A program made the translations under genes and the position numbers. The notes beneath the pieces are model-generated. The model was not told where the DNA came from and searched no databases. It saw only the letters and a program-made list of their open reading frames with translations. DNA of 8,347 nucleotides from Candidatus Iainarchaeum sp. Its GTDB lineage: Archaea > Iainarchaeota > Iainarchaeia > Iainarchaeales > DTGL01. The stretch covers positions 1-8,347 of the forward strand of contig JAVYME010000042.1 of the NCBI GenBank assembly GCA_038736825.1. Direction: 5' to 3'. Of the stretch, positions 8,322-8,347 are shown piece after piece (the first letter of the stretch is position 1; each line of letters starts with the position of its first letter).

Positions 8322-8347
8322 TGATGCGGCGGCTGAAAAGCAGGGAT

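Noticed and set aside
8235-8324. 29-aa ORF MVSDKNLQIFGFKDSKPLLSLDGRGKGEG spanning both downstream hairpins
   Set aside because: It is too short and consists almost entirely of translated palindromic and homopurine repeat sequence. I see no ribosome-binding site upstream of it.
8324-8347. Possible start of a downstream gene (ATG 8324, MRRLKSRD...) with a purine-rich SD-like tract upstream
   Set aside because: Only 8 codons are visible before the window ends, so it cannot be supported as a feature. It is mentioned only as context for the G4/hairpin finding.

Overview
This is a compact, moderately AT-rich window encoding lysine-rich proteins, and the gene content looks archaeal: GatD, a long ATP-dependent DNA ligase, an MJ0570/Dph6-type PP-loop ATPase and PyrI. 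It is probably from a small-genome uncultivated archaeon, and possibly from a metagenome or single-cell contig; both points are inference. All recognisable genes are housekeeping. In order they are a 5'-damaged ATP-dependent DNA ligase, a small two-TM orphan ORF, a convergent Dph6-like diphthine-ammonia ligase, gatD, and a tightly packed pyrimidine operon (pyrB-pyrI-pyrC-pyrE). I see no CRISPR array, rRNA or tRNA gene, transposase or integrase, or recognisable defence or toxin module, and I do not claim a new multi-gene system. Three structural anomalies deserve a second look. (1) A perfect 77-bp inverted repeat at the left edge replaces the ligase N-terminus with the reverse complement of downstream ligase codons. 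(2) The last ORF of the pyr operon is a chimera: about 90 aa of a subfamily-2 OMP decarboxylase (PyrF) N-terminus joined in frame to about 45 aa of a PyrK-type [2Fe-2S] C-terminal module. Steps 4 and 6 of UMP synthesis are therefore represented here only by fragments. (3) Downstream of the operon lie two strong hairpins. The second contains a 21-nt perfect homopurine mirror repeat that is also a canonical G3N3G3N3G3N3G3 quadruplex motif, paired with a complementary pyrimidine tract.
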